The notes below the pieces were generated by a model. That model had not been told where the DNA came from and ran no database searches. It saw only the letters and a program-made list of their open reading frames with translations. A stretch of 64,000 nt of DNA from Squalus acanthias (Eukaryota), in contig CM059432.1 of assembly GCA_030390025.1 (NCBI GenBank), positions 12,586,001 through 12,650,000 on the forward strand, in the 5' to 3' direction. The position numbers and the translations under genes were made by a program. Position 1 is the stretch's first letter; every line of letters begins with the position of its first letter. Shown here in pieces: positions 60,456-64,000 of the stretch.

Positions 60456-63400
60456 GGGCTGGATTTTCTCAGCCCCGAGGAGGCGGGCATGGAGGCGGGA
60501 CTGCCGGTAAAGTAGCAGAAAGTGGGGGCGGATGGCAAACCCGCCCCCATTCCTGAGGAATTGGAACCGTTTCTGGGTGAGGTGGGACCTCTAAAAGCCA
60601 GACGGGTTGCACCTCAATGGGAACGGGACCAATATCCTCACGGGAGGGTTTGCTAGTGCTGTTGGGGAGGGTTTAAACTAGCTTGGCAGGGGGATGGGAA
60701 CCTAAGTATAGAGTCAATAGGGAGGGAAGAAAAAGTGGAATTGGAAAACTAAAACGTAGAAAGTAAATTGGAAGGACAGAGGAATCAAGGGCTAGATAGT
60801 AGTCAACAAGGAGGTTTGCCTGTACTAAATGGTATATACTTCAATGCAAGGAGTATAGCGAACAAGGCAGATGAGCTGAGGGCACAGGTAGATACTTGGG
60901 ACTATGATATTATAGCTATTACAGAGACGTGGTTGAAAGAGGGGCAGGTATGGCAGCTCAACATTCCTGGTTACAGGATTTTCAGACGGGATAGAGAGGG
61001 AGGTAAAAAGGGAGGGGGGGTCGCGGTATTGATTAAAGAAACTATTACAGCTGTGAGGAGGGATGATATGTTGGAGGGATCATCAAACGAGGCCATATGG
61101 GTTGAATTGAAAAACAAAAAAGGAGCGATCACACTGCTGGGAGTGTACTACAGACCCCCAAACAGGGAGAGGGAGATAGAAGAACAAATATGTAGACAAA
61201 TTTCAGAGAAGTGCAAAAACTATAGGGCAGTAATAGTAGGGGATTTCAACTACCCCAATATTAACTGGGATAAAATGAGTGTGAAGGGTATAGAGGGTGC
61301 GGAATTCCTAAAATGCATCCAGGAGAACTTTTTTAGTCAGTATGTAGCAATCCCAACCAGGGAGGGGGCTGTTTTGGACTTAGTTTTAGGGAATGAAGCT
61401 GGGCAGGTGGAAGGCGTATCAGTAGGGGAGCATTTTGGTGCTAGTGGCCATAATTCTGTTAGATTTAAGGTAGTTATGGAAAAGGATAGACCAGGAATAA
61501 AAATTCTAAATTGGGGAAAAGCAAATTTTGCTAAGCTCAGAGGGGATTTAGCCATAGTGGACTGGAACCAGCTACTTGAAGGTAAATCAGTGTCAGAGCA
61601 GTGGGAGGCATTCAAGGAGGAGATCCGAAGGGTTCAGACCAAATATGTGCCCTTAAAGAAAAAAGGTGGGACTAACAAATCTAGAGCCCCCTGGATGTCT
61701 AGGGACAAACAGGGTAGAATAAAGAAAAAAAGGGAGGCGTATGACAGATACCGAGTGCTAAATACTCCAGAATCTTTAGAGGGGTACAGAAAGTGCAGGG
61801 GTGCAATTAAAAAGGATATTAGGAAAGCAAAGAGAGAGCATGAAAAATTCTTGGCAGGTAAAATCAATGAAAACCCAAAGATGTTTTATAAATATATTAA
61901 GAGTAAGAGAATAACTAAATAAAGGGTAGGGCCGATTAGAGATCATGAGGGTAATGTGTGTGTGGAGGTGGGAGACGTCGGTAGGGTTCTTAATGAATAC
62001 TTTGCGTCTGTTTTCACAAAGGAGAGGGGTGAAGCAGACATTGCTATCGGGGGGGAGGAGTGCGAAATATTAGATGAAATAAACATAGTGAGGGAGGAAG
62101 TATTAAGGGGTTTAGCAGCTTTAAAAGTGGATAAATCCCCAGGCCTGGATGAAATGTATCCCAGGCTGCTAAGCGAAGCAAAAGAGGAAATAGCAGAGGC
62201 ACTGACCATCATTTTTCAATCCTCTCTGGCTTCAGGTGTGGTGCTGGAGGACTGCTAATGTGGTGCCCTTGTTTAAAAAGGGAGAAAAGGATAGACCGAG
62301 TAATTACAGGCCAGTCAGCCTAACCTCGGTGGTGGGAAAATTATTGGAAAGAATTCTGAAGGACAGGATAAATCTTCATTTAGAAAGACACGGATTAATC
62401 AAGGATAGTCAGCACGGATTTGTTAAGGGAAGGTCGTGTCTGACAAACTTGATTGAATTTTTTGAGGAGGTAACAAGGAGGGTAGATGAGGGTAGTGCAT
62501 TTGATGTAGTTTATATGGACTTCAGCAAGGCTTTTGACAAGGTTCCACATGGCAGACTGGTCACGAAGTTAAAAGCCCATGGGATCCAGGGCAAAGTGTC
62601 AAGTTGGATTCAAAACTGGCTCGGAGACAGGAAGCAGAGGGTAATGGTTGATGGGTGTTTTTGTGACTGGAAGGCTGTTTCCAGTGGGGTTCCGCAGGGC
62701 ACAGTACTAGGTCCCTTGCTTTTTGTGGTATATATCAATGATCTAGACTTGAATATAGGGGGTATGATTAATAAGTTTGCAGATGATACTAAAATCGGCT
62801 GTGTGGTTGATACTGAAGAAGGAAGCTGTAGACTGCAGGAAGATATCAATAAATTGGTCAGGTGGGCAGAACAGTGGCAAATGGAATTCAATCTGGAGAA
62901 GTGTGAGATAATACATTTGGGGAGGGCTAACAAGGAAAGGGAATACACATTAAATGGTAGGACACTGAGTAGTGTAGAGGAACAAAGGGACCTTGGAGTG
63001 CATGTCCACAGATCCCTGAAGGTAGCAGGCCAAGTAGATAAGGTGGTTAAGAAGGCATACAGAATGCTTGCCTTTATTAGCCGTGGCATAGAATACAAGA
63101 GCAGGGGGGTTATGCTTCAACTGTATAAAACACTAGTTAGGCCTCAGCTAGAGTACTGCGTGCAGTTCTGGTCACCACATTACAGGAAAGATGTGATTGC
63201 ACTTGAGAGGGTACAGAGGAGCTTTACAAGGATGTTGCCGGGAGTAGAGATTCTTAGCTATGAGGAAAGACTGGATAGGCTGGGTCTGTTTTCCTTGGAA
63301 CAGAGAAAGCTGAGGGGAGACCTTATTGAGGTGTATAAAATTATGAGGGGCGTAGATAAAGTGGATAGAAAGGACCTATTTCCCTTAGCAGAGGGGTCAA

Positions 63401-63920
63401 AAATTTGATTTAAAGTAATTAGTGCAAGGTTTAGAGGGGATTTGAAGGGAAATTTCTTCACCCAGAGGGTGGTGGGGGTCTGGAACTCACTGCCTGAAAG
63501 GGTGGTAGAGGCAGGAACCCTAACCACATTTAAAAAGTACTTGGATGTGCACTTGGGATGCTCTAACCTGCAGGGCTACGGACCAAGAGCTGGGAAGTGG
63601 GATTAGGCTGGATAGCTCTTTGTTGGCCGGCGCGGACACAATGGGCCGAAATGGCCTCCTTCCGTGCTGTAACTTTCTATGATTCTATATATGATTCTGT
63701 CAAACGCTGATATTTCTTCTTTCAAGAAGTCTTGACCGATAGCACGTCAGACGTTGATGTGCTCTGTCAGTGACTTCCCCCCTAATTGGCCTGCTGAGCC
63801 CGCAGGGCGGGCTTAACAAGGTCAATCAGGGGAAAATCCCTCTGGTTGGCCAGAAGTTGATGGAGGCGGGACATTGACCCGACAAGCAGCAGTCCCGCCT
63901 CCATTGAGAAAATCCAGCCC
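60456..63920. mobile_element. Harbinger MITE interrupted by a 3.1-kb CR1
   Basis: Perfect 16-bp TIR gggctggattttctca; ATA TSD at 60453-60455 and 63921-63923. Confidence 0.9.
60557..63697 (+). mobile_element. CR1 LINE: end of ORF1 (SGNH esterase-like) and nearly complete ORF2 with a few disablements
   Basis: ORF1 end DGLHLNGNGTNILTGGFASAVGEGLN* at about 60680; APE NARSI, ITETW, YRPP, GDFN; RT NYRPVSLTS, QHGF, DFSKAFD, GVPQG, FADD; ctatgatt tail. Confidence 0.96.
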
Positions 63921-64000
63921 ATAGTGTGAGGATCAAAACAGTCTCAATGCAACAAAGTGGCTAAACTTTGCCAAAGGCTGGTAACAATTACTGTATTTGG

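Noticed and set aside
62610..63098. Antisense ORFs over LINE RT regions (also 56607-56972 and 14935-15294)
   Set aside because: Shadow ORFs of the coding strand.

Overview
Eukaryotic, transposon-dense, apparently non-coding DNA, most likely intronic or intergenic. The repeat inventory (CR1, L2 and RTE LINEs; HE1/V-SINE-like and SacSINE1/DeuSINE-like SINEs; Harbinger elements; Penelope-type fold-backs) points to a cartilaginous fish (shark); this is recognition from memory, not a search result. No host protein-coding gene could be recognised, and every long ORF I could identify is transposon-derived. Main observations: (1) A Harbinger lineage in three copies from two diverged subfamilies. All three share one deletion junction that removes the transposase core, while one copy keeps a nearly intact 3-exon Myb/SANT gene, suggesting a long-lived Myb-only satellite transposon. 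(2) Three short Penelope-type fold-back insertions with 12-bp TSDs carrying minimal hammerhead-ribozyme motifs. (3) An ORF1-less APE-RT LINE whose 5' end is a tRNA-derived SINE head. (4) A six-level nest at about 8.3-20.4 kb that splits an ancient two-gene Harbinger and contains about 1.8 kb of apparently captured DNA ending in a CR1 tail. Coordinates were counted by eye; degenerate ends are approximate.
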